The notes: generated by a model from the letters alone, not told the origin. Counted from the stretch's first letter, positions 16,406 to 26,043 are shown. The stretch is 32,000 bases of DNA from Elusimicrobia bacterium RIFOXYA2_FULL_50_26 (GCA_001800355.1 MGVF01000115.1:1-32000); one strand, 5' to 3'. Translations and numbers: made by a program.

Positions 16406-17170
16406 ATGAAAAACATATTATCCATTGCGCGTTATACGCTTGTCGAGAATATACGCAATAAGATATTTTACGTGCTTGTCTTTTTCGGCATTATCATAAT
16501 TGCCGCCTCGCTTCTTCTTGTCGCTCTGGGCGGGGAGCAGCAGATCAGGGTATTGCTTGATTTCGGGCTTGCGGCGATAGAATTCTTCGCGCTTGTTACG
16601 GTATGTTTTGCGGCCGTAAACCTTGCGCTTGAGGAAATGCAGTCAAAGACTATTTACCTTGTGCTGACGCGGCCTGTTTCTCGCGCGCATTACCTTATCG
16701 GCCGTTACGCCGGGCTGCTTGCGGCGGTGTACAGCGGCATGTTTTTGATGGCGCTCCTGCACGCGGGCCTGCTTGTATTCAATGGTTTTGAGTTTAATCT
16801 GCGATACCCGCTGGCGCTTTTGCTTTCGGCGGAGAAAATAACCATAATCGGGTCCGTAGCCTTGTTTTTCTCGCTCTTTTCGTCGTCGGCCATATCTTCC
16901 ATCAGCTTTACCGTATTTTTCTGGGTGCTGGGGCATTTCAGCGAAGAAATCCGCTACCTGGGTAACAAGGTTACATATCTTGTTCCAAAAATTGTAGCTA
17001 AAATTGCGTATTATACGATTCCAAACCTGCAATATTTCAACCTGCGCGATTTCTGGGATGTCCCGGGTATTACAGGGGGCTGGATACCGGCGGCTATCAT
17101 ATATGGTATGCTATACAGCGTTGCATGCATGACGCTTTCGCTGTGGTTGTTCAGTAACAAAGAGTTTTGA
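16406..17170 (+). CDS. ABC-2 type transporter permease
   Basis: Starts 2 nt after the ATPase stop. 254 aa with about six hydrophobic spans, a typical size for ABC-2 permeases. Confidence 0.75.
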   Translation: MKNILSIARYTLVENIRNKIFYVLVFFGIIIIAASLLLVALGGEQQIRVLLDFGLAAIEFFALVTVCFAAVNLALEEMQSKTIYLVLTRPVSRAHYLIGRYAGLLAAVYSGMFLMALLHAGLLVFNGFEFNLRYPLALLLSAEKITIIGSVALFFSLFSSSAISSISFTVFFWVLGHFSEEIRYLGNKVTYLVPKIVAKIAYYTIPNLQYFNLRDFWDVPGITGGWIPAAIIYGMLYSVACMTLSLWLFSNKEF

Positions 17171-17171
17171 T

Positions 17172-18101
17172 ATGAATCACCGTCTGTCCTGGTTGTATGT
17201 CGTTTTAGCATTTTCACTTGCAATATCGTTTAATATTTTTGTCGTGTCAAAACGATTTTCAAATCCCTTCCCGCCGGCCGGAGTTTCTCCGATAAGCGAA
17301 TATGCCGTTTTTGACCTTGCAGGCATTGTAACCGGCACGCGCCGGCTGTTTGCCGACATTGCATGGATACAGCTTCTTCAATACTACGGGCAGACGGATA
17401 AACCCGTGGGAATGGAAGAAGAAATTGAAACGTCATGGGACGCTACGAAATTTTTATTCGGGTTGCGGCTCTGGCGGGATGAACATGAAGATGAGGAGCA
17501 ATGTGACGGGCATGATTGTCAACATCACGGCCATCGCCACATTGATGACAGCAAGGATCCGTCCAGACATAAGCGGCTTCTCAGCCATTGCCTGCGTATA
17601 GTTTCGCTTGACCCGTTTTTTAATTACGTTTATTTATACGGCGCCGGCGCGCTTGCGTGGAACCTGGAGCGCACCGATGAGGCAGTGGAACTCCTGAAAA
17701 AAGGTATTTCCGAACTTGATGCCTATCATGCAAATTTCGGCAACGATGTTAACGAGCCTTACTGGCGCATTAACCTGTACCTGAGCGCTATTTTGTACCG
17801 CAAAAGCGGCGAGTTTCTTAAAATGACGGAAGTTTTGGAAAAGGCGGTGCGCCTGCCCGAATGCCCGACGATTGTAAAATCAATTCTTGCAAATATCTAT
17901 CAGAAAGACGGTAAACTTGCGCAGTCGCTGCAACTGTGGATTGATATCTATGAAAGCAAGGATACATCCTACCATTCGCACGCCGCAGCAAAAATTACCG
18001 AATTAAGAAATATAATCCCCCTCACCCTGCCCTCTCCCCGACGGGGAGAGGATACAAAGGCTGGCGGTTTGCTCTCCTCTCCCCGACGGGGAGAGGATTA
18101 A
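17172..18101 (+). CDS. membrane-anchored hypothetical protein with His/Cys/acid-rich segment and TPR-like C-terminal half
   Basis: ATG 1 nt after the permease stop. N-terminal TM. Contains the segment HEDEEQCDGHDCQHHGHRHIDD. The last ~30 codons (PLTLPSPRRGED...SSPRRGED) read into a REP-like element, so the native C-terminus is uncertain. Confidence 0.55.
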   Translation: MNHRLSWLYVVLAFSLAISFNIFVVSKRFSNPFPPAGVSPISEYAVFDLAGIVTGTRRLFADIAWIQLLQYYGQTDKPVGMEEEIETSWDATKFLFGLRLWRDEHEDEEQCDGHDCQHHGHRHIDDSKDPSRHKRLLSHCLRIVSLDPFFNYVYLYGAGALAWNLERTDEAVELLKKGISELDAYHANFGNDVNEPYWRINLYLSAILYRKSGEFLKMTEVLEKAVRLPECPTIVKSILANIYQKDGKLAQSLQLWIDIYESKDTSYHSHAAAKITELRNIIPLTLPSPRRGEDTKAGGLLSSPRRGED

Positions 18102-18113
18102 GGTGAGGGGGGA
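18016..18113. repeat. REP/BIME-like composite palindromic element
   Basis: Two identical 21-bp hairpins, CCTCTCCCCGACGGGGAGAGG, at 18031-18051 and 18076-18096. They are enclosed by the outer inverted repeat CCCCCTCACC (18017-18026) / GGTGAGGGGG (18102-18111). Confidence 0.7.
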
Positions 18114-18137
18114 AGTTAACGTGTGAAGGAACAAAAT

Positions 18138-19628
18138 ATGAATAATTCCAGTTTCCAATCATTTTTTTTAAGGTTCACCTCTTATCTTTTCACTTTTCTA
18201 TCCCTGGCTGTTTTTGCAATAAAGCCGGTGTTTGCCGTTAATGAATATCTCAAGGCCGATGATTACCTTGCGCAGGTTGAAGCCAATAACCAGGAGATCA
18301 GGGCGATTGACATGACGCTTGATTCGCTGCTCCTGAAACCGCGCGAGGCGGAAATGGTGTATGAGCCTTATATATCGGCCGGCGGCCAATACATGAAAGA
18401 TAAAAGCGGCCCGACCTACGGGTCCACGCTCTCGGCAAAAGAAATGGATGTGTTTTCATTGAATGCCGCGTTTAATAAAAAATGGGCTGGCGGTGTTTCA
18501 CTGTCAGTCGGATACGCGCAGGCCATAACCGCGCTTGATTTGTATTCGCCCTTACAACTTACACCGGATCAATCACTATCGCAGTTTACCGCTTACGACG
18601 TGCGGCCATCGGTGCGCCTGGAGCAATCGCTTATAAAAGACCGCAAGGGCGGCCTTACCGTGTCGGGTATTGGTAAAACAAGGCTGGCCGCCAGGCAGGG
18701 CGCTTACATGCAGGTCTTCAAGCGCCAGCAGATAATAATTAAGGCGCGCTCGGCCTACTGGGCGCTTTCGCTTGCGCGGGAAGTTGTGTTATTCCGCAAG
18801 TTATCGCTGGAACGCGCCGAAAAGCTTCTAAACTGGAACAAAAAAAGGGTGGCGCTCGACCTTGCGGATAAAACGGATCTTTTGCAGGCGGAGGCCGCCC
18901 ATAAGCTAAGACAGCTCAATTACCAGCTTGCGGTTGAAGACGAGATAAAGGCGCAACGCGCTTTCAGCGAGCTGATGGGAAAAACCGGCGATACAGTGGC
19001 GGGAAATATCATGAAATTGTCGGATATGTCCGCTGCCTACGCATCTGGCGACCTTAAGCGCACCGGCGAACGCGCGGATGTGCTTGCCGCCATGGCCGGC
19101 CATGAAAGCGCACAGTATGCGCTTAAAGAAGCGGTGCATCGCACAGGGCCGGAAGTAAGCGTTTACGGGACGGTGTCTTTGCACGGGCTTGACATTGACT
19201 ACGGCCGCGCCCTCAGCCAGGCCGGAGTCGCCGATAAGCCGGCATACGGCGCCGGCGTTTTATTCAGTATGCCGCTGGGGCGCTCGCTTATAGCCTCGGT
19301 GCGCAAGGGCTATGATGCCGACGTGGAAGCGGCGAAAGAGACACTTGAAAAAACAAGGATTTCTGCGGCAAACGATTGGCAGGACATGGTAAACACCTGG
19401 CGTAACGTAAAAATGAGGATGGCGCTGGCTGTTCAGATACGCGACATCCAGAATGACCGCGTAAACAACGAACAAAAAAAGCTTGAGCGCGGCCGCACGA
19501 CTACGTTCCTTCTCCTGACTGCCGAAAACGATCTCGATGACGCAACGATAAACGTCTACCGCCTGATGATGGAACAGTTAACGCTTGCGGCACAATCCGA
19601 ACTATATAGTACTAAGGAAATACAATAA
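18138..19628 (+). CDS. TolC-like outer membrane efflux protein
   Basis: ATG at 18138, 7 nt after GAAGGA. Signal peptide ...AIKPVFA. Two-fold repeated helical/beta architecture of typical TolC/OEP length. Immediately upstream of the RND gene. Confidence 0.75.
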   Translation: MNNSSFQSFFLRFTSYLFTFLSLAVFAIKPVFAVNEYLKADDYLAQVEANNQEIRAIDMTLDSLLLKPREAEMVYEPYISAGGQYMKDKSGPTYGSTLSAKEMDVFSLNAAFNKKWAGGVSLSVGYAQAITALDLYSPLQLTPDQSLSQFTAYDVRPSVRLEQSLIKDRKGGLTVSGIGKTRLAARQGAYMQVFKRQQIIIKARSAYWALSLAREVVLFRKLSLERAEKLLNWNKKRVALDLADKTDLLQAEAAHKLRQLNYQLAVEDEIKAQRAFSELMGKTGDTVAGNIMKLSDMSAAYASGDLKRTGERADVLAAMAGHESAQYALKEAVHRTGPEVSVYGTVSLHGLDIDYGRALSQAGVADKPAYGAGVLFSMPLGRSLIASVRKGYDADVEAAKETLEKTRISAANDWQDMVNTWRNVKMRMALAVQIRDIQNDRVNNEQKKLERGRTTTFLLLTAENDLDDATINVYRLMMEQLTLAAQSELYSTKEIQ

Positions 19629-19629
19629 A

Positions 19630-22600
19630 ATGAACATAGCGCGCCTTTCGATTAAACGGCCTACATTTATTTCGGCGATAGTGGTAATAATGCTGGTGGT
19701 GGGATTTATATTCATGAACCGCATGAGCGTGGATATGTTCCCCGACGTTAATTTCCCTTACGTGATGGTTAATACGGTTTACCCCGGCGCCGGCCCCAGG
19801 GAAATGGAAACCCTCGTTTCAAAGGTGCTGGAAGAGCAGATAAGCTCCATCTCGGGGCTGAAAAACGTTACGTCCATAAGCCATGACGGCGTATCAATGG
19901 TTTTCGGCGAGTTCACGCTTGAGACCGATTCGCGTTACGCGGAACAGCAGGTTAAAGACAAAGTGGCGCAGGTGCGCAATAAGCTGCCCGATGATATATA
20001 CGAGCCTGTTATAAAACGTTTTGACCCGTCCGACAGGCCTGTGTTTACCATGAGCCTTACCGCCAGCCTTGCGCCCGTGGAATTGTACGATCTCGCCGAT
20101 ACTGTTATCAAGAACGGCCTGGAACAGGTGTCCAACGTCAGCAGCGTTGAAATCATCGGCGGAACACGGCGCGAGATACAGGTTAATCTTGACCTTAATA
20201 AATTAAAAGAATACGAAACAAACGTTACCATGGTGGCCGGCCGTATAGCTTCCAACAGCCAGAACATACCTATAGGTAAAATCTCGCAGGGCGCAACGGA
20301 ACTCTCATTTAGAAGCATAGGCGAGTTTCGCGCGGTAAAGCAGATACGGGACGTGGTTGTAAGCTTCATGGGTAGCGACGTGCCGGTAACCGTCAACAGG
20401 CTTGGCACGGTATCGGATACTGCCCAGGAAGTCAAGACAATAGGTTACCTGAACGGCAAGGCAGGGCTTGCGGTAAACGTTTTCAAACAATCCGGTTCCA
20501 ACACGGTTGACGTGGCCGATGCCCTTAAAAAACGCGTTATCAAGCTCAATGCTACCATGGAAAGCATGAAGGGTTCTCCGCGCCTTACCATAGTTCAGGA
20601 CGGCGCGCGCCCCATACGCATGAACATAGAAGACGTTAAGGTGACGATTTTTGAAGGCATACTGCTGGCCATACTCGTTGTTTATCTTTTCCTTGGAAAT
20701 ATACGCTCAACACTTATTACGGTAGTTGCGCTTCCCAACAGCCTTATCGGCGCCTTTATCTTTATGGGGCTTGCAAATTTCAGTATCAATATGCTTACGC
20801 TTATGGCTTTGTCGCTGGCCGTCGGGCTTCTAATTGACGATGCCATAGTTGTGCGCGAAAATATATTCCGCCATATAGAAAGCGGTGAACCGCCCATCAA
20901 AGCGGCCGAGACAGGCACAAACGAGGTTATGCTTGCGGTTATAGCCACCACTCTTACGGTGATCGCCGTGTTCCTGCCGGTGGCCTTCCTTCGCGGCATA
21001 GTAGGGCAGTTTTTCAAGCAATTCGGATTTACCGTCGTATTTGCGATGGCCATATCGCTCTTTGACGCGCTTACCACGGCTCCCATGTTGTCCGCATACA
21101 TGATTACCAGCGCCCATGGCGACGGCAAGCGCAGTTGGTTTGGGGAAATCCTGCACGCGCCCGCGGTCTGGTTTGGTTACGGTTACGATAAACTGGAAGC
21201 ATTTTACGAAAAAGTCATTGGTTTCGCTTTGCGCCACAAGCTGGCCGTGCTGGCGATGTCGGTGGTTATTTTCGTCGGCAGCCTTGCGCTGGTGAAAGGC
21301 ATACCTAAAACTTTCATGCCCACCAATGAATTCGGCGAATTCATGATTGACATGGAAGCCGGCCCTGAAATATCGTTATCCGAGATGAATAAACATGTTA
21401 CGCTTATTGACGATCGCCTCAGGCAGGAAAAAGACGTCGAGCTTATCGCCACTACAATAGGCAATTCCAACGGTGAAAGCAATATAGCGTCGTTGTTCGT
21501 TAAAATGGTTCCGGCGGAACAAAGAAACCGTTCTACGGCGGAGATGAAAGTGTTTTGCCGGAAACTGCTTGAACCCTACCAGGACACGCTGCACCCTGCG
21601 GTGAACGATTTAAGCATGGGCGGCAGCAGTGAAGCCCCGTTTTCAATGATAATTACCGGTGAAAATATCGAAGAACTCGCCGTTATCGCTGACCGCATAA
21701 AGGAAAAATTCAAGGCGATCCCGGGGCTTGTGGACGTTGCATCCAACTACAGGACGGGCAAGCCCGAATACCAGGTGAAGATGATTCCGCTCAAGATGGA
21801 AAAGCTGGGTGTGCAGTCTGTCAGCGCCGGCATGGAGCTTAGAGGCATGGTGGAAGGCGTCATACCTGCCAAATACCGCGAGAACGGCCTTGAGTACGAC
21901 ATTCGCGTAAAACTGCGCGACGATCAGCGCGACTTGAGCAAACGTTTCGACATGCTTTACGTTCCGAACGTTAACATGCAACTGGTCAAGCTAAAGAACA
22001 TTGCCGACCCCGTGCCGACAACCGGCCCGTCCAAGATACACCGCCGTAACCGTTCGCGCTATGTCATGGTCAGCGGGAATCTGGACAAGAACGGGGCAAT
22101 AGGAAACATAACCGCCGCCGCGCGCAACGTAATGCTGGCCGAAAAGATGCCGAATGGTGTAAGTTATGAATTCATAGGTTCATCGGAGGATTTTGCAGAC
22201 CTGTTCAAAAACATGTTAATTGCAGCCGCGCTTTCGGTGATATTCATATATCTTGTGCTTGCAAGCCTTTACGAATCCGTAATAATACCGCTTACTATCA
22301 TGATCGCGCTGCCTCTTGCCATAATCGGTGGGCTTGTAGCCCTGTATCTTACCGGGAACTCCATAAATATGTTTACCATGATTGGTTTCATAATGCTGCT
22401 CGGCCTTGTTACCAAAAACTCTATTTTGCTTGTTGATTACACGCAAAAACTGATTAAACGCGGCCTTGCCCGCGACGAGGCGCTTATAAAGGCCGGCGTT
22501 ACGCGCCTGCGCCCTATCCTGATGACTACCTTTGCCCTTATAGCAGGTATGCTTCCCCTGGCGCTGGGGTTAAGCGAGGTGGGGAAATTCCGTAAGAGCA

Positions 22601-22764
22601 TGGGAGTAACCATCATCGGCGGCCTTATAAGCTCAACAATACTGACGCTTGTAATCATCCCCGCCGTTTTCGGCTACATGGACACCCTGCGCCTCAAAAC
22701 AAGAAAACTTCTCGGCCGTCCCAAACAAAGAGAAATAGACAAACACGATGAACTTCTGGCCTAA
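19630..22764 (+). CDS. RND efflux transporter, AcrB/HAE-type
   Basis: ATG 1 nt after the TolC-like stop. N-terminus MNIARLSIKRPTF. TM4 motif AVGLLIDDAIVVRENI (an AcrB-like DD pair). 1044 aa, 12-TM layout. Confidence 0.9.
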   Translation: MNIARLSIKRPTFISAIVVIMLVVGFIFMNRMSVDMFPDVNFPYVMVNTVYPGAGPREMETLVSKVLEEQISSISGLKNVTSISHDGVSMVFGEFTLETDSRYAEQQVKDKVAQVRNKLPDDIYEPVIKRFDPSDRPVFTMSLTASLAPVELYDLADTVIKNGLEQVSNVSSVEIIGGTRREIQVNLDLNKLKEYETNVTMVAGRIASNSQNIPIGKISQGATELSFRSIGEFRAVKQIRDVVVSFMGSDVPVTVNRLGTVSDTAQEVKTIGYLNGKAGLAVNVFKQSGSNTVDVADALKKRVIKLNATMESMKGSPRLTIVQDGARPIRMNIEDVKVTIFEGILLAILVVYLFLGNIRSTLITVVALPNSLIGAFIFMGLANFSINMLTLMALSLAVGLLIDDAIVVRENIFRHIESGEPPIKAAETGTNEVMLAVIATTLTVIAVFLPVAFLRGIVGQFFKQFGFTVVFAMAISLFDALTTAPMLSAYMITSAHGDGKRSWFGEILHAPAVWFGYGYDKLEAFYEKVIGFALRHKLAVLAMSVVIFVGSLALVKGIPKTFMPTNEFGEFMIDMEAGPEISLSEMNKHVTLIDDRLRQEKDVELIATTIGNSNGESNIASLFVKMVPAEQRNRSTAEMKVFCRKLLEPYQDTLHPAVNDLSMGGSSEAPFSMIITGENIEELAVIADRIKEKFKAIPGLVDVASNYRTGKPEYQVKMIPLKMEKLGVQSVSAGMELRGMVEGVIPAKYRENGLEYDIRVKLRDDQRDLSKRFDMLYVPNVNMQLVKLKNIADPVPTTGPSKIHRRNRSRYVMVSGNLDKNGAIGNITAAARNVMLAEKMPNGVSYEFIGSSEDFADLFKNMLIAAALSVIFIYLVLASLYESVIIPLTIMIALPLAIIGGLVALYLTGNSINMFTMIGFIMLLGLVTKNSILLVDYTQKLIKRGLARDEALIKAGVTRLRPILMTTFALIAGMLPLALGLSEVGKFRKSMGVTIIGGLISSTILTLVIIPAVFGYMDTLRLKTRKLLGRPKQREIDKHDELLA

Positions 22765-22767
22765 AAT

Positions 22768-22812
22768 AAAAAACAGGGTATGTTGATTTTTTTCAACATA
22801 CCCTGTTTTTTT
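22768..22812. terminator. bidirectional rho-independent terminator
   Basis: A 13-bp perfect stem, CAGGGTATGTTGA (22774-22786) / TCAACATACCCTG (22793-22805). It is flanked by an A-run on the left and a T-run on the right, between convergent genes. Confidence 0.8.
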
Positions 22813-22826
22813 ACAAAAATATCAGC

Positions 22827-23573
22827 TTATTTTAACTGTTTTAACTTATCGTCATATACTTCCGAAACGTAGAAGTTCACTTCATCAACCATAACCGGAT
22901 AATTGCTTACCGGCAGTCCCTCTTCACCGAGTATTACAAGATTTTTTCCTGTATTTTTCTTAAGTATTGAATGAAATCCTATAAGGGCATATTTGTCTTT
23001 GTCTTCGGTTTCGATTATATAATAATCCAGCTTTTCGCCGGGAAGTATCTCCCTGTTTTCTTTAATCACCTGCCCGCTGATTACCTCATATAAACGTTTC
23101 TTTTGAAGTTTTGTCAGCACTTCCTCCTGCAACCGTCTCTTTTTTTCCATCTTCTTTGCAAGCAAGTCAAGCTTGTCGCCGGTTACAGGATCGCCAAAAG
23201 AGGATTTTGTTCCGTATTTTGTTACCTCGATATTACATTTTACGGGGGATTTATTAATTTCCGAAGGTGATGCGTTCATTATTTTCCCGAATACAACTAA
23301 TGTCCTGCCCATGCTATTCTTGAGCTCGCCGGCCTTTTCACCGGTAAGCACGTGCTTGTAACCCTTGTTGCTTGACGTCAGCACCAGCAAGCCATCTTCC
23401 ATGCTAAGCGTGCCTTTAACCTGTAGCATTAAAGGCATTGTTTTAACTTTGCCCGGTATATATCCTGACTTCGATTTGTCTCCTGTAAAGCGTATCACGG
23501 CCACGCTTCCGATGATTAGAATTATTAAGGCCACTGCCGCTGCGGCTAATTTTTTTCTCTGCTGTGCATTCAT
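22827..23573 (-). CDS. membrane-anchored hypothetical protein (beta domain - charged helix - beta domain)
   Basis: ATG at 23573, 5 nt after AGAGGTG. N-terminal anchor AAAAVALIILIIGSVAVI. Two similar beta-rich halves are separated by DKLDLLAKKMEKKRRLQEEVLTKLQKKRL. No family recognised. Confidence 0.6.
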   Translation of the reverse strand: MNAQQRKKLAAAAVALIILIIGSVAVIRFTGDKSKSGYIPGKVKTMPLMLQVKGTLSMEDGLLVLTSSNKGYKHVLTGEKAGELKNSMGRTLVVFGKIMNASPSEINKSPVKCNIEVTKYGTKSSFGDPVTGDKLDLLAKKMEKKRRLQEEVLTKLQKKRLYEVISGQVIKENREILPGEKLDYYIIETEDKDKYALIGFHSILKKNTGKNLVILGEEGLPVSNYPVMVDEVNFYVSEVYDDKLKQLK

Positions 23574-23615
23574 GAACACACCTCTATTTATATATTAACT
23601 GTCCGCTTGTTCACA

Positions 23616-23644
23616 ATTATAACAGAATATCCTTTTAGTTGCAA
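23616..23644 (-). promoter_or_regulatory. sigma70-type promoter on minus strand, TTGCAA-17 nt-TATAAT
   Basis: Read on the minus strand: TTGCAA (23644-23639), a 17-nt spacer, and TATAAT (23621-16). About 40 nt upstream of the 23573 start. Confidence 0.55.
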
Positions 23645-23656
23645 CGCGAACTACAA

Positions 23657-23692
23657 AGAAAAAAACAGGCCGTATAAACGGCCTGTTTTTTC
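23657..23692 (-). terminator. rho-independent terminator of the 775-aa gene
   Basis: Stem ACAGGCCG (23665-23672) / CGGCCTGT (23679-23686). On the minus strand it is followed by a T-run. It lies 24 nt beyond the stop at 23716. Confidence 0.75.
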
Positions 23693-23715
23693 TTTAAATA
23701 CTTTTAGAGCAAACA

Positions 23716-26043
23716 TTACAATCCTAGCGTTTGCTGAATAATTTCGTAACGTTCGTTGGCTTCGAGAGCATTCCACTGGTCTATGCTCATCTGGTTTAAT
23801 ATGTCATTCTTTATGAGGTCGCTCATCTCCGAGAAGTTTTTCTTGTAGAACTCCATGTCCTGGAGGCCTTCTTTTGCGTCTGCCACAGCCTTCTCGCCCG
23901 ATATGAAGCCACCGCCATAAGAGACGTTAACCTTTATGGATTTCGATCCGCTAACGTCGGACGATATGTCTCCCATGAACATTACAGACTCGCCAATTCC
24001 GGTAGTTGCAAGCGAAGCTGCAATCTCGGGCGCGTCCGTAACGTCCACGAACATAACGCCGTCCATATCCTGCATTCCCTTGCCGTCTAAAATATCAATG
24101 GTGTCAACGCTCAGTTTGGCATAGGTGCGTCCGTCAATTTGTTCGAGGCCTGAGAATGTGCCAATCACTATCGGATCCGCGCTTACGCAGTTGTATCCCT
24201 GAACTATCGAGATCTTTGTGCCAACAGCGCTTAGCTGATCATTGATGTCCGAGGGTAGCGTGTTGCCGGTTCCGACGTACTTGGATAATATAGTCCTTAG
24301 AGAGCTAACCCTGGCTTTTAATTCAGTACGTACTGACGATAAGGCAGCCGCCGCTTTATCATCTGAAGCCACGGTTGCCGCAGAACCCTGCTCGTAGGTT
24401 ATGGAGATATCCGCCGACTCCTTGTTTATGAAAAGATTTTCAAGTTTCGCAAGGCTAAGCGTATCAATCTTGCTTGAAAGCTCGTCAAGCGCGGCAATCC
24501 ACTCTTCAGCAGAACTCGTTTCTGATACTTTGTTCTCCAATTCTGCATTAATCGCCGATACGTCAAATGCTTTTTCCACTAATTTATTCGCTATTTCGCC
24601 TTCCAGTTGAGCGGATGGGTCAAGGCTGGCACAGTTGACTTTTCCTGCCTGCGCGCCGTAAGCATATAGCATCACGTCAACCACAAACTTATTGCCGGAG
24701 CCGGTTATGCCAAGCTGATTGGAAACACTGCCATTCTGCGTGTCTGCATAAGTAAGCGTTAATACCGGTCCGTTGCCTATGCTTCTTTGAAGGGCAAAGC
24801 TTTTAAAATATTTTACATCTTCATCGCCTGTATTCCACCCCATGACAAGCTTTAGCGTCTCATTGTTCATATCTTTAATCTGATTCGCATAAAGCTGTAT
24901 GGACTGTAGCCATGCAGGTTTGGTATAGCTTGGATTATTTATTATTTTGGTGTATTCCTTGCGCATGGTATCGGCGTTCAGGTCATTCGTCCCGGTTCCA
25001 AGCTTGCCGCTTCCTGACACTACCGCTCTGCCCCTGGTGTCAAAAACGGTTGTAGACCAGCCGCCTTCAGCAGCAAAGACTTCCATGGCATTTATCGTGC
25101 CGTTAAGGTGATAATTTCTTGCCGAAACCTTTATTCCCAGGTCATTGGTAACGAAACCCAGTTTTCCTGCCTGGTAATGAGATGTTTCCTTTGTTGCATA
25201 GTCGTATGTGCTTTGGAGTGATCCGTCATTCCGGTAGTTAAAACTTGTGTCGTCGCCGACTACTTTGCCGCTTGAGTCAAGGAGTACCGAAGATTTAGCT
25301 TTACCGATCAGCTGTCCCTGACTATAATAAATCACCCTGGCTTTTTGATCCTGGTAATAGACATCCGCGCCGCTATCGTCTTTATTCCAGCCGCTCTTAT
25401 TTTCACTGGACAGCTTGTCGTACTGTTCTTTTGTTATCATTTTAAGCTGTTTTGTATCTGTATATTCCAGCAAGCCATCTCTGCCGTAGTTGTATTCTTC
25501 CACGACAGCGCCATCGTGAGCATAAGTCTTAACGTTTTTTCCATTCTCTACCAATGTTACACCGGCGCCGCCTTGTGAGAAATTTACCGATATGGAATTA
25601 TTCGCCTTTGAAATATGCACTATGGCGGTGTTAATCCATGCGGCTTTGGTAGCCTCTTTCTCTATGCTTGCCTTGCCGGAATCGGACATTTTCACGCCCA
25701 GGGAACCCTGTAGCTGTGAATCGCTTATGCCCCATTTATTAAGATATTTCTCAAGGCCACCCGAGGCTGCGACGTCATCGTTATGATTTACCATTATGTT
25801 AAGCCATGTGCCGTCAGCATCCACGGTGCCGCGGTATTTGCCGCGGTCGAAAATTTGCAGGTTGCCGTTAGCATCTTTAACGGAAGCCAGCATCCCTGAT
25901 TTGTAGTTGAATACGGTGCTGATCCTGCTGCTTAATGCGCTGAAAGGATCAGCGGCGGCAAACAAGCCGGCAGGCGCAACAAAAAGTAAGAGGGTTGATA
26001 CAAGCCATGCTGCGATCCGTTGAAGCGTTTGTTTGGTAAACAT
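23716..26043 (-). CDS. large secreted hypothetical protein with degenerate YD-like repeats in the N-terminal half
   Basis: ATG at 26043, 8 nt after AAGGAGG. Signal peptide ...FVAPAGLFAAA. YD-like segments EEYNYGRDGLLEYTD and SFNYRNDGSLQSTYDYATKETSHY. The C-terminal ~350 aa match no family I recognise. Confidence 0.7.
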   Translation of the reverse strand: MFTKQTLQRIAAWLVSTLLLFVAPAGLFAAADPFSALSSRISTVFNYKSGMLASVKDANGNLQIFDRGKYRGTVDADGTWLNIMVNHNDDVAASGGLEKYLNKWGISDSQLQGSLGVKMSDSGKASIEKEATKAAWINTAIVHISKANNSISVNFSQGGAGVTLVENGKNVKTYAHDGAVVEEYNYGRDGLLEYTDTKQLKMITKEQYDKLSSENKSGWNKDDSGADVYYQDQKARVIYYSQGQLIGKAKSSVLLDSSGKVVGDDTSFNYRNDGSLQSTYDYATKETSHYQAGKLGFVTNDLGIKVSARNYHLNGTINAMEVFAAEGGWSTTVFDTRGRAVVSGSGKLGTGTNDLNADTMRKEYTKIINNPSYTKPAWLQSIQLYANQIKDMNNETLKLVMGWNTGDEDVKYFKSFALQRSIGNGPVLTLTYADTQNGSVSNQLGITGSGNKFVVDVMLYAYGAQAGKVNCASLDPSAQLEGEIANKLVEKAFDVSAINAELENKVSETSSAEEWIAALDELSSKIDTLSLAKLENLFINKESADISITYEQGSAATVASDDKAAAALSSVRTELKARVSSLRTILSKYVGTGNTLPSDINDQLSAVGTKISIVQGYNCVSADPIVIGTFSGLEQIDGRTYAKLSVDTIDILDGKGMQDMDGVMFVDVTDAPEIAASLATTGIGESVMFMGDISSDVSGSKSIKVNVSYGGGFISGEKAVADAKEGLQDMEFYKKNFSEMSDLIKNDILNQMSIDQWNALEANERYEIIQQTLGL

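Noticed and set aside
18031-18096. Possible CRISPR repeats (identical 21-bp units 45 bp apart)
   Set aside because: There are only two copies, each is a self-complementary hairpin inside a larger palindrome, and no cas genes are present. This is a REP/BIME-like element, not an array. No CRISPR array is seen anywhere in the window.
22827-23573. 248-aa beta-helix-beta protein as the missing RND adaptor
   Set aside because: It is on the opposite strand behind a strong terminator, is far shorter than MFP proteins, and shows no HlyD/lipoyl-type motifs that I can recognise. It is kept only as a speculative remark.
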